A DNA stretch of 35,043 nucleotides. Origin: Candidatus Woesearchaeota archaeon (GTDB lineage: Archaea; Nanobdellota; Nanobdellia; Pacearchaeales; GW2011-AR1). Within the stretch, counting starts at the first letter, position 1, and every line of letters begins with the position of its first letter. The notes beneath the pieces were generated by a model that worked only from the letters and a program-made list of their open reading frames with translations, was not told the origin of the DNA and did not search any database. The stretch spans positions 1 through 35,043 of the forward strand of contig CAZVXB010000001.1 of NCBI GenBank assembly GCA_964630965.1, given 5' to 3'. Positions 14,204-23,275 of this stretch are shown here, piece after piece. Position numbers and translations under genes: made by a program.

Positions 14204-15383
14204 ATTTCTTTTTTAGGATGCCATCAACAATATCCTTAGCAAACGCTAAACTAGAAGTCATTCCGGGTGAAACTGCGTTAAGAACATGGGTCTCTCGTTC
14301 ACAATGACACACAACCATATCATTAACTAGATTTCCCTGTGAATCGACAAGCTGTGCACGTATACCTGCCCTATAGGGTTGTATCTTCTCCGTTTTTATT
14401 TCTACACTTGTTAAATCGTTAATTTCTCTCAAGAATGCTGATTGCAAAAGCGTAGTCCTCAGATTTTGAGTTGCCTGGTGTATAAATTCTCGTTTAGTCG
14501 CCATTTTCCAGAATCCCTTACGCATAACCATATCATACATATCTCTCAAATGCAGTTCTGATTTGTATGATTCTCTTCCAAGTGCAAGAGCCGCATTGGG
14601 GCCAGCAAGGCTAAGTCCTCCAGTCGTCGGAGTGAGATGAACTCCAAGAAAAGGGAAACGAGGATCAGGGGGAGAATAAACCATCGTTTTAAGCGGAAAC
14701 TCTCGTAGTTCCCAATAGGACCCCTTAAAGGGCACGATAAAAAAATCTAACCCTATTCCCCTACTATGGGCAATTCTATCTGCACTCAATCCTCCACAAT
14801 TAATAAGATGTGAATAACCAATCGCATTTTCTCGAGTTACAACCTCCGCATCCGTTACAGCTTCAATTTTCTTTCCAAATTGAAATTGTGCCCCGTACGA
14901 TTTAGCATCCCCAATAATACTCTCCAAGAGGGCAGTACTATCTACAATCGCCCCCGTTCGAGAATAAATGCCTTTTTGAGCCAAAGAGGTGCAAGAGGGC
15001 TCAATAGAAATTATGTCTTCCTTCCCAAGGAGATGCATGTCTTGGACCCCTAATTTTTTTCCCATATCCCAAACTCGAGATAGTCGTTCATTTTCAGTAT
15101 CATCACGTGCAATTACAAGGGTACCGCATTGTCTAAATGGGATGTTCTTATCCAGACAATACTGGCGTAAAAGTCTGCTTCCTTCCAAGCAATATTTTGC
15201 CTTGAGTGAATCAGGTTTGTGATTGATACCTGAATGAATTACTCCACTATTTCTTCCACTCGCGTGCATTCCTGCCGCGGGTTCTTTATCAAGAACAATG
15301 GTCTCAATATTTCGCAACGCAAGTTCGCGGGCAATAGTCGCCCCTATAATCCCTGCACCGATAACCACATAAGGTTTAACCAT
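14181..15383 (-). CDS. FAD-dependent oxidoreductase, L-2-hydroxyglutarate oxidase (LhgO)-like
   Basis: Rossmann motif VVIGAGIIGATIAREL followed by HASGRNSGVIHSGINHKPDSLKAKYCLEG, which closely resembles the LhgO/DAO-family N-terminus. Confidence 0.6.
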   Translation of the reverse strand: MVKPYVVIGAGIIGATIARELALRNIETIVLDKEPAAGMHASGRNSGVIHSGINHKPDSLKAKYCLEGSRLLRQYCLDKNIPFRQCGTLVIARDDTENERLSRVWDMGKKLGVQDMHLLGKEDIISIEPSCTSLAQKGIYSRTGAIVDSTALLESIIGDAKSYGAQFQFGKKIEAVTDAEVVTRENAIGYSHLINCGGLSADRIAHSRGIGLDFFIVPFKGSYWELREFPLKTMVYSPPDPRFPFLGVHLTPTTGGLSLAGPNAALALGRESYKSELHLRDMYDMVMRKGFWKMATKREFIHQATQNLRTTLLQSAFLREINDLTSVEIKTEKIQPYRAGIRAQLVDSQGNLVNDMVVCHCERETHVLNAVSPGMTSSLAFAKDIVDGILKKKFSSPLSS

Positions 15384-15403
15384 AAAAGAGCCAACTCCTC
15401 TAG

Positions 15404-15412
15404 TTTTTAAAG
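15404..15412 (-). promoter_or_regulatory. TATA-like box for the LhgO-like gene
   Basis: The minus strand reads CTTTAAAAA. Its centre is 25 nt from the ATG at 15383. Confidence 0.5.
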
Positions 15413-15426
15413 ATAACCCATAAAAC

Positions 15427-15434
15427 TTTATAAA
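15427..15434 (+). promoter_or_regulatory. TATA-like box for the SDR gene at 15456
   Basis: TTTATAAA with its centre 25-26 nt upstream of the ATG at 15456. Confidence 0.5.
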
Positions 15435-15455
15435 CCAGGAGGAGCCCCCCTATTT

Positions 15456-16532
15456 ATGGTAAACGGATTAGATCAGAAAACAGGTCAAAATATCGTAGTG
15501 ACCGGGGGAGCAGGTTACCTTGGTTCAATACTTGTCCCTCAATTACTCGAAGAAGGCCATAAGGTGCACGTTATAGATACCTTCTACTTTGGGAAGAATA
15601 CTCTTTCTCCCCACCCCAACCTTACACTTACAGAGCTAGACGTAGCTCATCATGAAAATATTCCTCACTTATTCAAAGGAGTAGATGCCATTGTTCACCT
15701 TTCTGGTATGTCTAATGATCCTTCAGGTGACCTCGACCCTAATTTAACCATTCAAACTAACTTTCTTGCAACTATGTCTCTTGCTCGGAGAGCCAAAACA
15801 GAAGGAGTTAAGCGATTTGTTTTTATCTCTTCCTGCAGTGTTTACGGTGCAAGTGGAAGTAGCTTTCTCGATGAACAATCAGAAGTTGGTCCCGTCACAC
15901 TCTATGCCCTTTCAAAGCTTAATTGTGAAAGCCAATTAATACCTCTCGCGGATTCAAAATTTGTAGTTACCGTGTTACGATTTGCCACCCTCTTCGGCTA
16001 TTCTCCCCGTATGCGGTTCGACTTAGCAGTTAATGTAATGGCCAAGCGAGCGCTTGAAGGTAAGAGCATTCTTCTCTTCGGAGATGGTATGCAGTACCGC
16101 CCTTTCTTACACGTAAAAGATGCCTCCCGAGCAATAAGAACAGTTCTCAAGGAAGATCCAAGTATTACCAACAAACAAATATTCAATGTAGGTAATAGCA
16201 AACTTAATTTTATGATAAAAGACCTTGTTCCCCTCATTCAATCGTACTTTAAGGATTCAAAAATAGAGAGGGTCGAGAACAACAAAGACAATCGTTCTTA
16301 CAGGGTAAGCTTCAAGAAATTTGAAAGAATTTGCAACTTCCAAGCAGAGAACGGAATTGAAGATGGTCTGAAAGAAATTCAAGAAGCTTTCCAATCAGGA
16401 AAATTAAAGAATATGGATGATTATAACTATTACAACCTTGAAGTTATGAAAAGACTGATTAAAGAGCCCATTGTCGAATATAGTATCGCCTCGAGTCCGC
16501 GCTGGACGATTGTCTCGGGAGATTCTAATTAA
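15456..16532 (+). CDS. NAD-dependent sugar epimerase/dehydratase (extended SDR)
   Basis: TGGAGYLGS glycine motif, SSCSVYG, and catalytic YALSK. Confidence 0.8.
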   Translation: MVNGLDQKTGQNIVVTGGAGYLGSILVPQLLEEGHKVHVIDTFYFGKNTLSPHPNLTLTELDVAHHENIPHLFKGVDAIVHLSGMSNDPSGDLDPNLTIQTNFLATMSLARRAKTEGVKRFVFISSCSVYGASGSSFLDEQSEVGPVTLYALSKLNCESQLIPLADSKFVVTVLRFATLFGYSPRMRFDLAVNVMAKRALEGKSILLFGDGMQYRPFLHVKDASRAIRTVLKEDPSITNKQIFNVGNSKLNFMIKDLVPLIQSYFKDSKIERVENNKDNRSYRVSFKKFERICNFQAENGIEDGLKEIQEAFQSGKLKNMDDYNYYNLEVMKRLIKEPIVEYSIASSPRWTIVSGDSN

Positions 16533-16546
16533 GGTCTTAAAATAGA

Positions 16547-16555
16547 TTTATAAAA
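16547..16555 (+). promoter_or_regulatory. TATA-like box for the GT2/C-methyltransferase pair
   Basis: TTTATAAAA with its centre 27 nt upstream of the ATG at 16578. Confidence 0.5.
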
Positions 16556-16577
16556 CGCCCTATCCACGAGCACCCAT

Positions 16578-17330
16578 ATGCCAAAGAAACCAAAGGTAAT
16601 TGGGGTCATCCTTGCTTACAATGTAGCACGTATGTTGCCTCGTGCAATTGAACGTATTCCTCGAGGAGTCCTCGACGACCTGATTGTCATGGACGATGGA
16701 TCTAAGGATGGAACCTTCGAGGTTGCCAAAAAACTCGGCCTTAAGGTATTTCGACATGTCCCTAACCGAGGTTATGGAGGAAATCTTAAAGCAGGCCTCA
16801 AGAAAGCCTTAGAAATGGGTGCAGATTATATAGTAGAAATTCACGGAGACGGTGCCCAGTTTAATCCTATTTCTATTAAGTATGCAATGCCGTTCATGAA
16901 CGAAGGAGAGGCTCAATTAATTCTCGGTTCTCGGTTTAAGGAAAAAGGCAAGGCTCTAGAGAATGGCATGCCCCTCATTCGATTTGTAGCCAATCGTTTC
17001 CTCAGCTTCTTTGACCGGCTTGTGTTGGGTCTACCTCTAACAGAGTTCCATACGGGCTTCAGAATATACGGTCGAAAATTACTTGAAAAAGTGCCCTACG
17101 ATGCCAACATAAACGACTATTTGTTTAGCTTCCAAATTATAGCCCAAGCAGCCTATTACCGAATCCCTGTAAGAGAGGTGCCCGTAGAAGCAGATTATAA
17201 GGCAGAACACACCTCTCACTCTATCAAGGGGGCAAGCTGGTACGCTATACGTACCTTCGGCGTGCTTACACAATTTATCCTCGCCCGAATGGGAATTGCC
17301 CATACTAAAGTATTTAAAAGAACAAATTGA
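16578..17330 (+). CDS. GT2 glycosyltransferase, polyprenyl-phosphate sugar synthase-like (DPM1/AglD/ArnC type)
   Basis: VILAYNVARMLPRAIERIP...LIVMDDGSKDGT...HGDGAQ. It is a short (250 aa) GT-A enzyme with an amphipathic/hydrophobic C-terminus. Confidence 0.75.
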   Translation: MPKKPKVIGVILAYNVARMLPRAIERIPRGVLDDLIVMDDGSKDGTFEVAKKLGLKVFRHVPNRGYGGNLKAGLKKALEMGADYIVEIHGDGAQFNPISIKYAMPFMNEGEAQLILGSRFKEKGKALENGMPLIRFVANRFLSFFDRLVLGLPLTEFHTGFRIYGRKLLEKVPYDANINDYLFSFQIIAQAAYYRIPVREVPVEADYKAEHTSHSIKGASWYAIRTFGVLTQFILARMGIAHTKVFKRTN

Positions 17331-17339
17331 GCCCTTCCC

Positions 17340-18569
17340 ATGGAAGCATTACAATGCAAATCATGTGGCTTCGAAGGGCTTAATCGCTTTCTAGAGTTAG
17401 GTGCGATACCGCCTGTGAATGCATTTATATCTGAATCAGAAATACCTCATGAAAGGGCTTATTCTCTTAACTTAGCGTACTGCCCCCAATGTTTTCTGGT
17501 ACAATTGGAACAAATTGTTCCTCCTGAAGATTTGTTTAGGAATTATCTTCATCTTTCAGCAGGATCGCCAACAAATGTAAAGCACCTCGAAGAAGTAGCC
17601 GATTATTTAGGAAAAAAGTTTAATCTCAATTCAGAGAGTAAGATTTTAGAGATTGGTTCGAACGATGGTACACTTCCCGCATTCTTTAAGAAGTACACCC
17701 CTCATGTTGTGGGGGTCGACCCGGCACGAAATCTCGTTCAGACAAACAAGGAAAAAGGAATTGATTACATCCCCGAATTTTTCAATACATCAACTGCATC
17801 ACATATTCTCAAGACGCGAGGAACGTTCGATCTTATAGTCGGTTTAAACGTGATTCCTCACACGCCTAATAACATCGATTTACTCAAAGCCGCACGCATA
17901 ATTCTCAAAGATAAGGGCACGTTAGTAATGGAAGGGGTATATGCGCTGGAAACTATTCTTGATGGAGAGTTTGACACTATTTACCATGAACATGTGTATA
18001 CATTTTCCCTTCACGCTTTAATCTCAACGTTCAGAATGGCAGGTCTAACCGTGGTCGATGTAGAAAGAATTCCGACCCAAGGAGGATCATTACGAGTGTT
18101 TGCCATGAAGGATGAATATGCAGACTCTGTATCTTCTACCGTTTTTTCCCTTCTAGACCAAGAAAAGAAGCATGGTCTTGCCGATCCCCAAGCGTACGAT
18201 TCCGTTGGTCAAAAAGTTCTTTCGTATAAAAAAGAGCTCAGATCACTTATAGAGAAGGAAAAAAGTACGAAGGGAAAACTCGTCGGTTTAGGTGCGCCTG
18301 CTAGAGGGGTAGTCATAATGAACTATTGCAACATAAATACGGAAGACTTAGAATATGTTATTGACGACACACCGCTTAAAATTGGGAAAGTGACTCCAGG
18401 GACACACGTACCTGTTAAATCATGGGCGTCGCTCAAGGAAGACGAAGATAGGACGTATCTTCTACTCTCCTGGAACTACAAGGACCATCTACTCTCAAAG
18501 TTAAAGCAACACGTAAAGAAAGGGACAGTCATAATTCCATTTCCTAAATTAGAAGTTATTTCTTTTTGA
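17340..18569 (+). CDS. NDP-hexose C-methyltransferase-like enzyme (Zn-ribbon + class I SAM MTase + C-terminal C-MT domain)
   Basis: N-terminal CKSC...CPQC zinc ribbon, SAM motif ILEIGSNDG, YHEHVYTFS, and GGSLRV. This matches the architecture of the TylC3/NovU-type sugar C-methyltransferase family. Confidence 0.7.
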   Translation: MEALQCKSCGFEGLNRFLELGAIPPVNAFISESEIPHERAYSLNLAYCPQCFLVQLEQIVPPEDLFRNYLHLSAGSPTNVKHLEEVADYLGKKFNLNSESKILEIGSNDGTLPAFFKKYTPHVVGVDPARNLVQTNKEKGIDYIPEFFNTSTASHILKTRGTFDLIVGLNVIPHTPNNIDLLKAARIILKDKGTLVMEGVYALETILDGEFDTIYHEHVYTFSLHALISTFRMAGLTVVDVERIPTQGGSLRVFAMKDEYADSVSSTVFSLLDQEKKHGLADPQAYDSVGQKVLSYKKELRSLIEKEKSTKGKLVGLGAPARGVVIMNYCNINTEDLEYVIDDTPLKIGKVTPGTHVPVKSWASLKEDEDRTYLLLSWNYKDHLLSKLKQHVKKGTVIIPFPKLEVISF

Positions 18570-20381
18570 AAAGAGAAGGTAAATCGGAACAGTAAGAGAA
18601 ATCACTGCGAGAATAATCAGCAAATATAGGGTGCCATAGGCAAGAACATTAAGAAGGGAGTTAAAAGTACCTTTAACTTCATAATGGTCAAATGCCCCAG
18701 CAGGATCTGCATTTCGAGGAATTCTATAGAAGAAATGAGTATGACTTTGATCAACGGCAAGAAGTAACGAAGGGTCAAGAGGAATAATTGTTTCATAGAT
18801 TTTAAAATAGGGTTCTCCCGATCGTTCAGCACCACGCACACCAGGTATAGATCCTCCGCCTGTCAGTAAAGTCGTCTTTTTTGAAACATTTTGAAAAGCC
18901 TCAACTATTTTTTCAACAGACTCGTTAAACTCGGGTTGATCCTTGACAGTCCCCCATCCACAATCATCATCCACACATTCAACAAACAAAGTCCTTATTG
19001 GAACTTGTTGACGTGATTTCTCAGAAGCATCTATGAGTTGAGAAAGGTAATTAGACTCCACATAATGTTTATCATAGAACATCCAGACGTTAGTTCCCCG
19101 ATATGTTCGAGCATCAACGACTACTAGTGCGTTCGAGTCAATAGAATCGATTGCAAAGGCTCGTGCCTTTTCAACTCCGCTTTGTGAGGTAAGCGGACCC
19201 CAGAGCGAATAAATACTAAAGCAAAAGAGTATGATTAAAATGCCTGCCAAGGCATACTTTTTCTGAATTAAAGGACTTAATCGGTTACTTCCAGCAATAA
19301 TAACTCCTCCGGCGAAAATAGAAAAGAGAGGGAAAAAGGAAGTATAATGCGTCTGAAGTACTATCGCTGAGGCTATAAATACCAAAGAGAAAAAGAACAT
19401 CGAAACAAGGAAAAGTTCTCCAAATCTTTTTTGTTTAAATCTGCTTAGGATATATCCTATTCCGGCTAAACCCAGTAAAAAGGTGGTTATATCTTCCCTA
19501 ATAAAATACATCCTAAAAACGCTATAGAGGTTTTGAGGAAGCTTGTCAAGTACAAATCCTTCTCCATGAGCCAAGCCAGGACCCATATAGAACTCGGTAT
19601 TTATTTTGAGAAACTGTGCAAATGGTAAATCGACAATACCTTTCTCACTATAAAGAAAATAGTTGTAAGAAAATAAAGGAATAAGACAAAGAGCAATAAT
19701 AACTCCAAACCAAACTGTTCTCTTTAGGTTACGCTTGAATAATTTTTTATCGCTCTTATAATTAGTATAGAGTATTCCCAAGATGAATACACCAAAGACT
19801 ATAATGAAAACCCCTGTTATTATCTTAACAAGCATAGCCATGCCTAGTGCCAAGGCAGCGAAAAGAGATATGTATTTTTTTTCTTCATACGTTCGAATGA
19901 ATAAATATGATGCAAGAAGGACAAAAAACATCATAGTCTGATCTTGATAGGCGGCAGCCCAGGTAATATGGAAAGTAGAAAGTGCTAAAACGAGGGAGGC
20001 CAACAATCCAGCCTCCCTATTAAAGAGTTTACTCGCAATAAGATAAACCAAAATGATTGAGAAAGACCCAAAAATAACCGATAAAAATCGGGCAGTAAGA
20101 AGATGTACCCCAAAAATCCGGTAAGCATAGTCAGTAAGATAAAACCACACGGGTCCCTGAGTCATGGTGCTAAGAGGGGCAAGCTTTGATACTCCGAGTG
20201 CATGAACTCCATGTACCATCTCATCCGCAACCGGGGGGATGTTAGAAGCAACAATTATTCTCAAGATAACTCCCAAGATAACAATGGCAAGAAGCCATTT
20301 ACGGGAATCGTTAGAAAAGACAAAATTAATCGATTTATCCAAAAAAGAATCTAACCCATTTTTATCGCTCTGATTATCCAC
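18549..20381 (-). CDS. GT-C fold glycosyltransferase (GT39/ArnT/PMT-like), polytopic membrane protein
   Basis: 610 aa with about 11 or more hydrophobic segments. The first loop carries the acidic motif PPVADEMVHG. A soluble C-terminal domain is followed by a final TM. The start codon is GTG; there is no in-frame ATG before TM1. Confidence 0.65.
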   Translation of the reverse strand: MDNQSDKNGLDSFLDKSINFVFSNDSRKWLLAIVILGVILRIIVASNIPPVADEMVHGVHALGVSKLAPLSTMTQGPVWFYLTDYAYRIFGVHLLTARFLSVIFGSFSIILVYLIASKLFNREAGLLASLVLALSTFHITWAAAYQDQTMMFFVLLASYLFIRTYEEKKYISLFAALALGMAMLVKIITGVFIIVFGVFILGILYTNYKSDKKLFKRNLKRTVWFGVIIALCLIPLFSYNYFLYSEKGIVDLPFAQFLKINTEFYMGPGLAHGEGFVLDKLPQNLYSVFRMYFIREDITTFLLGLAGIGYILSRFKQKRFGELFLVSMFFFSLVFIASAIVLQTHYTSFFPLFSIFAGGVIIAGSNRLSPLIQKKYALAGILIILFCFSIYSLWGPLTSQSGVEKARAFAIDSIDSNALVVVDARTYRGTNVWMFYDKHYVESNYLSQLIDASEKSRQQVPIRTLFVECVDDDCGWGTVKDQPEFNESVEKIVEAFQNVSKKTTLLTGGGSIPGVRGAERSGEPYFKIYETIIPLDPSLLLAVDQSHTHFFYRIPRNADPAGAFDHYEVKGTFNSLLNVLAYGTLYLLIILAVISLTVPIYLLFSKRNNF

Positions 20382-20401
20382 GAGACATTAAGATAGGCTC
20401 A

Positions 20402-20410
20402 TTTTATAAA
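20402..20410 (-). promoter_or_regulatory. TATA-like box for the GT-C gene
   Basis: The minus strand reads TTTATAAAA. Its centre is 25 nt from the GTG start at 20381. Confidence 0.45.
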
Positions 20411-20443
20411 CGTTCTTTGAGCAATTAGGGCAATAGCATAAGG

Positions 20444-20450
20444 TTTAAAT
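20444..20450 (+). promoter_or_regulatory. TATA-like box for gmd
   Basis: TTTAAAT with its centre 26 nt upstream of the ATG at 20473. It overlaps the alternative ATG at 20449. Confidence 0.45.
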
Positions 20451-20472
20451 GGGTCGAGTTTTGTTAGCCACT

Positions 20473-21573
20473 ATGGAACGAAGAAAGGTTGCTCTTATAA
20501 CTGGAATAACCGGGCAAGATGGATCTTACCTAGCAGAGTTTTTGCTCAAAAAAGGGTATGCTGTGCGGGGAATTATGCGAAGATCCTCTAATCTCAATAC
20601 GAATCGCATAGATCACCTGTACAAAGAGTATAACCCTGACATGGTTCAGGATGCTGAGACTCCCTTCGTTCTTTATTTTGCAGATTTAACTGATGCTTCA
20701 AGTTTACGTTCTATTCTAGAATTGGTAAAGCCTGATGAAATTTACAATCTTGGGGCCCAAAGTCATGTAGGTATCAGCTTCAATAATCCTCTTTCTACGT
20801 TTGATATCAACGCGCTCGGAACATTACGGCTTCTAGATGCCATTAGAGATATGAAACTTCCCTGTAAGTTTTATCAAGCCTCCTCTTCCGAAATGTTTGG
20901 AGCATCTCCTCCACCCCAGAACGAAAAAACCCCCTTTCAGCCCCAAAGCCCCTATGGAGTATCGAAAGTTGCGGCCTTTCATTTAGTAAAAGTATATAGG
21001 AGCGCCTATAATTTGTTTGCTTCTAACGGAATACTATTCAATCACGAATCTCCTCGCAGAGGACATAATTTTGTAACCCGAAAGATAACCAAAGAGCTAG
21101 CAAGAATCGTAGTTGGAGAAACGAATAAAATAAAGCTAGGTAACCTTGACGCAAAGAGGGATTGGGGATTCTCCAAAGAATATGTGGAGGCTATGTGGCA
21201 CATACTTCAACATTCGCAACCCGATGATTTCGTTATTGCAACTAACGAAACACACACAGTAAGAGACTTCTTAAGAGAAGCGTTTGCACTTGTAGGCTTG
21301 AACTACGAAGACTACGTTGTCAATGACGATAGATTCAAACGACCTGCGGAGGTCCCAGCCCTATTAGGAGACTATTCAAAAGCAAAAAATATACTCAAAT
21401 GGGATACAAAGATTAAATTCAAAGAGCTTGTAGAAATGATGGTTGAGGCAGACATTAAAGAAAAGTTGGAATCTGAAGGAATTGTCCCTATCTCCAATGG
21501 GGTCCCTAAACCAAAAGGGTATTACTTAGAACGGGCTAAAGAATTACTCAGTCAAAAGAAATCTGTTAATTAA
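20473..21573 (+). CDS. gmd: GDP-mannose 4,6-dehydratase
   Basis: KVALITGITGQDGSYLAEFLLKKGY.V.GI.RRSS..NT.RIDHLY, SSSEMFG, YGVSK, NHESPRRG. I prefer the start at 20473 (MERRKVALITG). The earlier ATG at 20449 lies inside the TATA-like box. Confidence 0.92.
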   Translation: MERRKVALITGITGQDGSYLAEFLLKKGYAVRGIMRRSSNLNTNRIDHLYKEYNPDMVQDAETPFVLYFADLTDASSLRSILELVKPDEIYNLGAQSHVGISFNNPLSTFDINALGTLRLLDAIRDMKLPCKFYQASSSEMFGASPPPQNEKTPFQPQSPYGVSKVAAFHLVKVYRSAYNLFASNGILFNHESPRRGHNFVTRKITKELARIVVGETNKIKLGNLDAKRDWGFSKEYVEAMWHILQHSQPDDFVIATNETHTVRDFLREAFALVGLNYEDYVVNDDRFKRPAEVPALLGDYSKAKNILKWDTKIKFKELVEMMVEADIKEKLESEGIVPISNGVPKPKGYYLERAKELLSQKKSVN

Positions 21574-21991
21574 TTGCTTTCTTATCTTTCTCAGGCCCAT
21601 AATACGGTCCATTCTTGAATTCAAACAGGTGGGCAGGAGTGAGCGTTTTCATGCTATGTCCTCCATTCACAATCATATAAAAATCCCCTTCATGGAGCAC
21701 GTGTTTCTCCACAAAACTATTGTCGATATCGTAGATAGAAAGTTCTATTGATCCTTTAAAAACAAGTAGTCCTTCATGCGTCTGATAGGTATGGCGTTCG
21801 TGAGAATTATGGGTGTGGGGCTTGACTTGCGTTTGAGCAGGCACATTAAGAAACATGGCTTGTAAACATTGATCTGGTTCGCTAATTTCTTCACGCTTCA
21901 CGTTAGAAAAATCATCGAGCGATGTTTCTTTCTTAAAGATTATGTGGAGAAGAATAGAGGGGTCGATTCTTGAGTAAATTTTATGGATCAT
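21566..21991 (-). CDS. small cupin-fold protein (possible sugar ketoisomerase/epimerase)
   Basis: 141 aa. Cupin motif 1 is PHTHNSHERHTYQTHEGLLVFKG and motif 2 is GDFYMIVNGGHSM. Its start overlaps the stop of the upstream C-methyltransferase by 11 nt. Confidence 0.5.
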   Translation of the reverse strand: MIHKIYSRIDPSILLHIIFKKETSLDDFSNVKREEISEPDQCLQAMFLNVPAQTQVKPHTHNSHERHTYQTHEGLLVFKGSIELSIYDIDNSFVEKHVLHEGDFYMIVNGGHSMKTLTPAHLFEFKNGPYYGPEKDKKAIN

Positions 21992-23213
21992 TTTTAAATT
22001 GCTCTGGAGAGATAAATTCTATACTTTGATTGAACTTAGATAATATCTCTTTAAGTTGCGGGGCAATATTCCAAGACAAAATAAGCGCATACACTTTTCC
22101 ATAATTAGAAAATATTTCATCTCCAACAATAGGAATACGGGTTGCTGGAGTATACTTTCCTTTTTTATGAGGAGAGGAGTCGGTAACGTAATCAATAACG
22201 CTATGATCTAACTTATAAAAATTGAGAAATGTATTCCCTTTAGCAGCAGCACCTACTGCAATTATGGGGTGTCCTTCTTCTTTAATACGATGAACTCGTT
22301 GTAAGAATTTGCTTCGTTGCAAAAGATTATTCCTCATAAATCTCTTATAGGTCTCCAATGAAAAGATACCTTGTTCTTCTTCTTTATCGATCATAGCTTG
22401 CACTGCAGGAGGTAGCGCGCTCGTTTCTTTCTTTTTCTGAGCAATAACACGCAAAGAGCCACCATGATAGTCAACAACTTGTGCAGACGCAATAATCAAT
22501 CCAGCATGACTGAGGAGAGCCGCGGCAGATTTAACGGTAAAATAACTTACATGTTCATGGTAAATCTGGTCGAATTTTCCACTTTCAACTCCAATAGGCC
22601 AGTACGGTTGTTCAAATACAAAACTACCCGTGTCTGAAAGAATATCCGCAACGGCCTTTGTAAATTCACGAGGATTATCTGAATGGTTGTAAACGTTACT
22701 TGCCGTTACAAGGTCGACCTTTCCATAATTCTCGTTAATGCGCTGAGCAACATCTTTCCCAAAAAGCCCAGTAATAGTACTCACACCTCGTTTCTTAGCG
22801 AGCTCAGCCATATAGGGAGAGGCATCAACACCTATGGTTCGATACCCTGTTCTATTGAATTGCTCACAAAGATATCCATCATTCGAACCTATATCTACAA
22901 TCAGAGCGTTAGGCTTAAGACTAACTGCCTTTCCGATTTCAACAACATAGGAATCCCAATGATTGCGGGCAAACGCAGAATTTGAGGAAGTATAGGAATA
23001 ATCAACTTGAGAATATCGCTTCTGGGGGTCAGTCTCGTAACGTGTTTGTACATGTCCACACACCATACATAAGTCACATACCAAAGGATAGACGCTGTCT
23101 CCCTCTCCAACATACGCTTCAGGGACAAATGTATCCGCAAACGGGTGGCTCCCTAGGTCAATTATTTCATTCAATTCCTTTGAATCACATACAAGGCAAT
23201 TCGTACGACTCAT
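21981..23213 (-). CDS. NDP-hexose C-methyltransferase-like enzyme, second paralogue
   Basis: CLVC...CMVC zinc ribbon, IVDIGSNDG, YHEHVSYFT, and GGSLRV. The architecture matches 17340..18569, but the sequence is strongly diverged. Confidence 0.7.
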   Translation of the reverse strand: MSRTNCLVCDSKELNEIIDLGSHPFADTFVPEAYVGEGDSVYPLVCDLCMVCGHVQTRYETDPQKRYSQVDYSYTSSNSAFARNHWDSYVVEIGKAVSLKPNALIVDIGSNDGYLCEQFNRTGYRTIGVDASPYMAELAKKRGVSTITGLFGKDVAQRINENYGKVDLVTASNVYNHSDNPREFTKAVADILSDTGSFVFEQPYWPIGVESGKFDQIYHEHVSYFTVKSAAALLSHAGLIIASAQVVDYHGGSLRVIAQKKKETSALPPAVQAMIDKEEEQGIFSLETYKRFMRNNLLQRSKFLQRVHRIKEEGHPIIAVGAAAKGNTFLNFYKLDHSVIDYVTDSSPHKKGKYTPATRIPIVGDEIFSNYGKVYALILSWNIAPQLKEILSKFNQSIEFISPEQFKNDP

Positions 23214-23275
23214 ACTAATATCGTCTAAAAGGAGGCATTTATAAGTTTATCCAGTAGCGGAACAAATCTTTTTAA

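Noticed and set aside
15437-15442. AGGAGG upstream of the SDR gene at 15456, considered as a Shine-Dalgarno site.
   Set aside because: Its 13-nt spacing to the ATG is longer than usual. It also lies downstream of the TATA-like box at 15427..15434, at a position that would fall before or at the predicted TSS. I saw no comparable sites at other first genes.
20449-20472. The upstream ATG starts for gmd (20449, MGRVLLAT...) and for the CgeB-like GT (23276, MGCGCNDP...).
   Set aside because: In both cases the ATG is part of a TTTAAATGG A/T box. The next in-frame ATG lies 26-27 nt downstream of that box, and for gmd it gives a canonical N-terminus. I kept 23276 as the listed coordinate for the GT because the evidence there is weaker.
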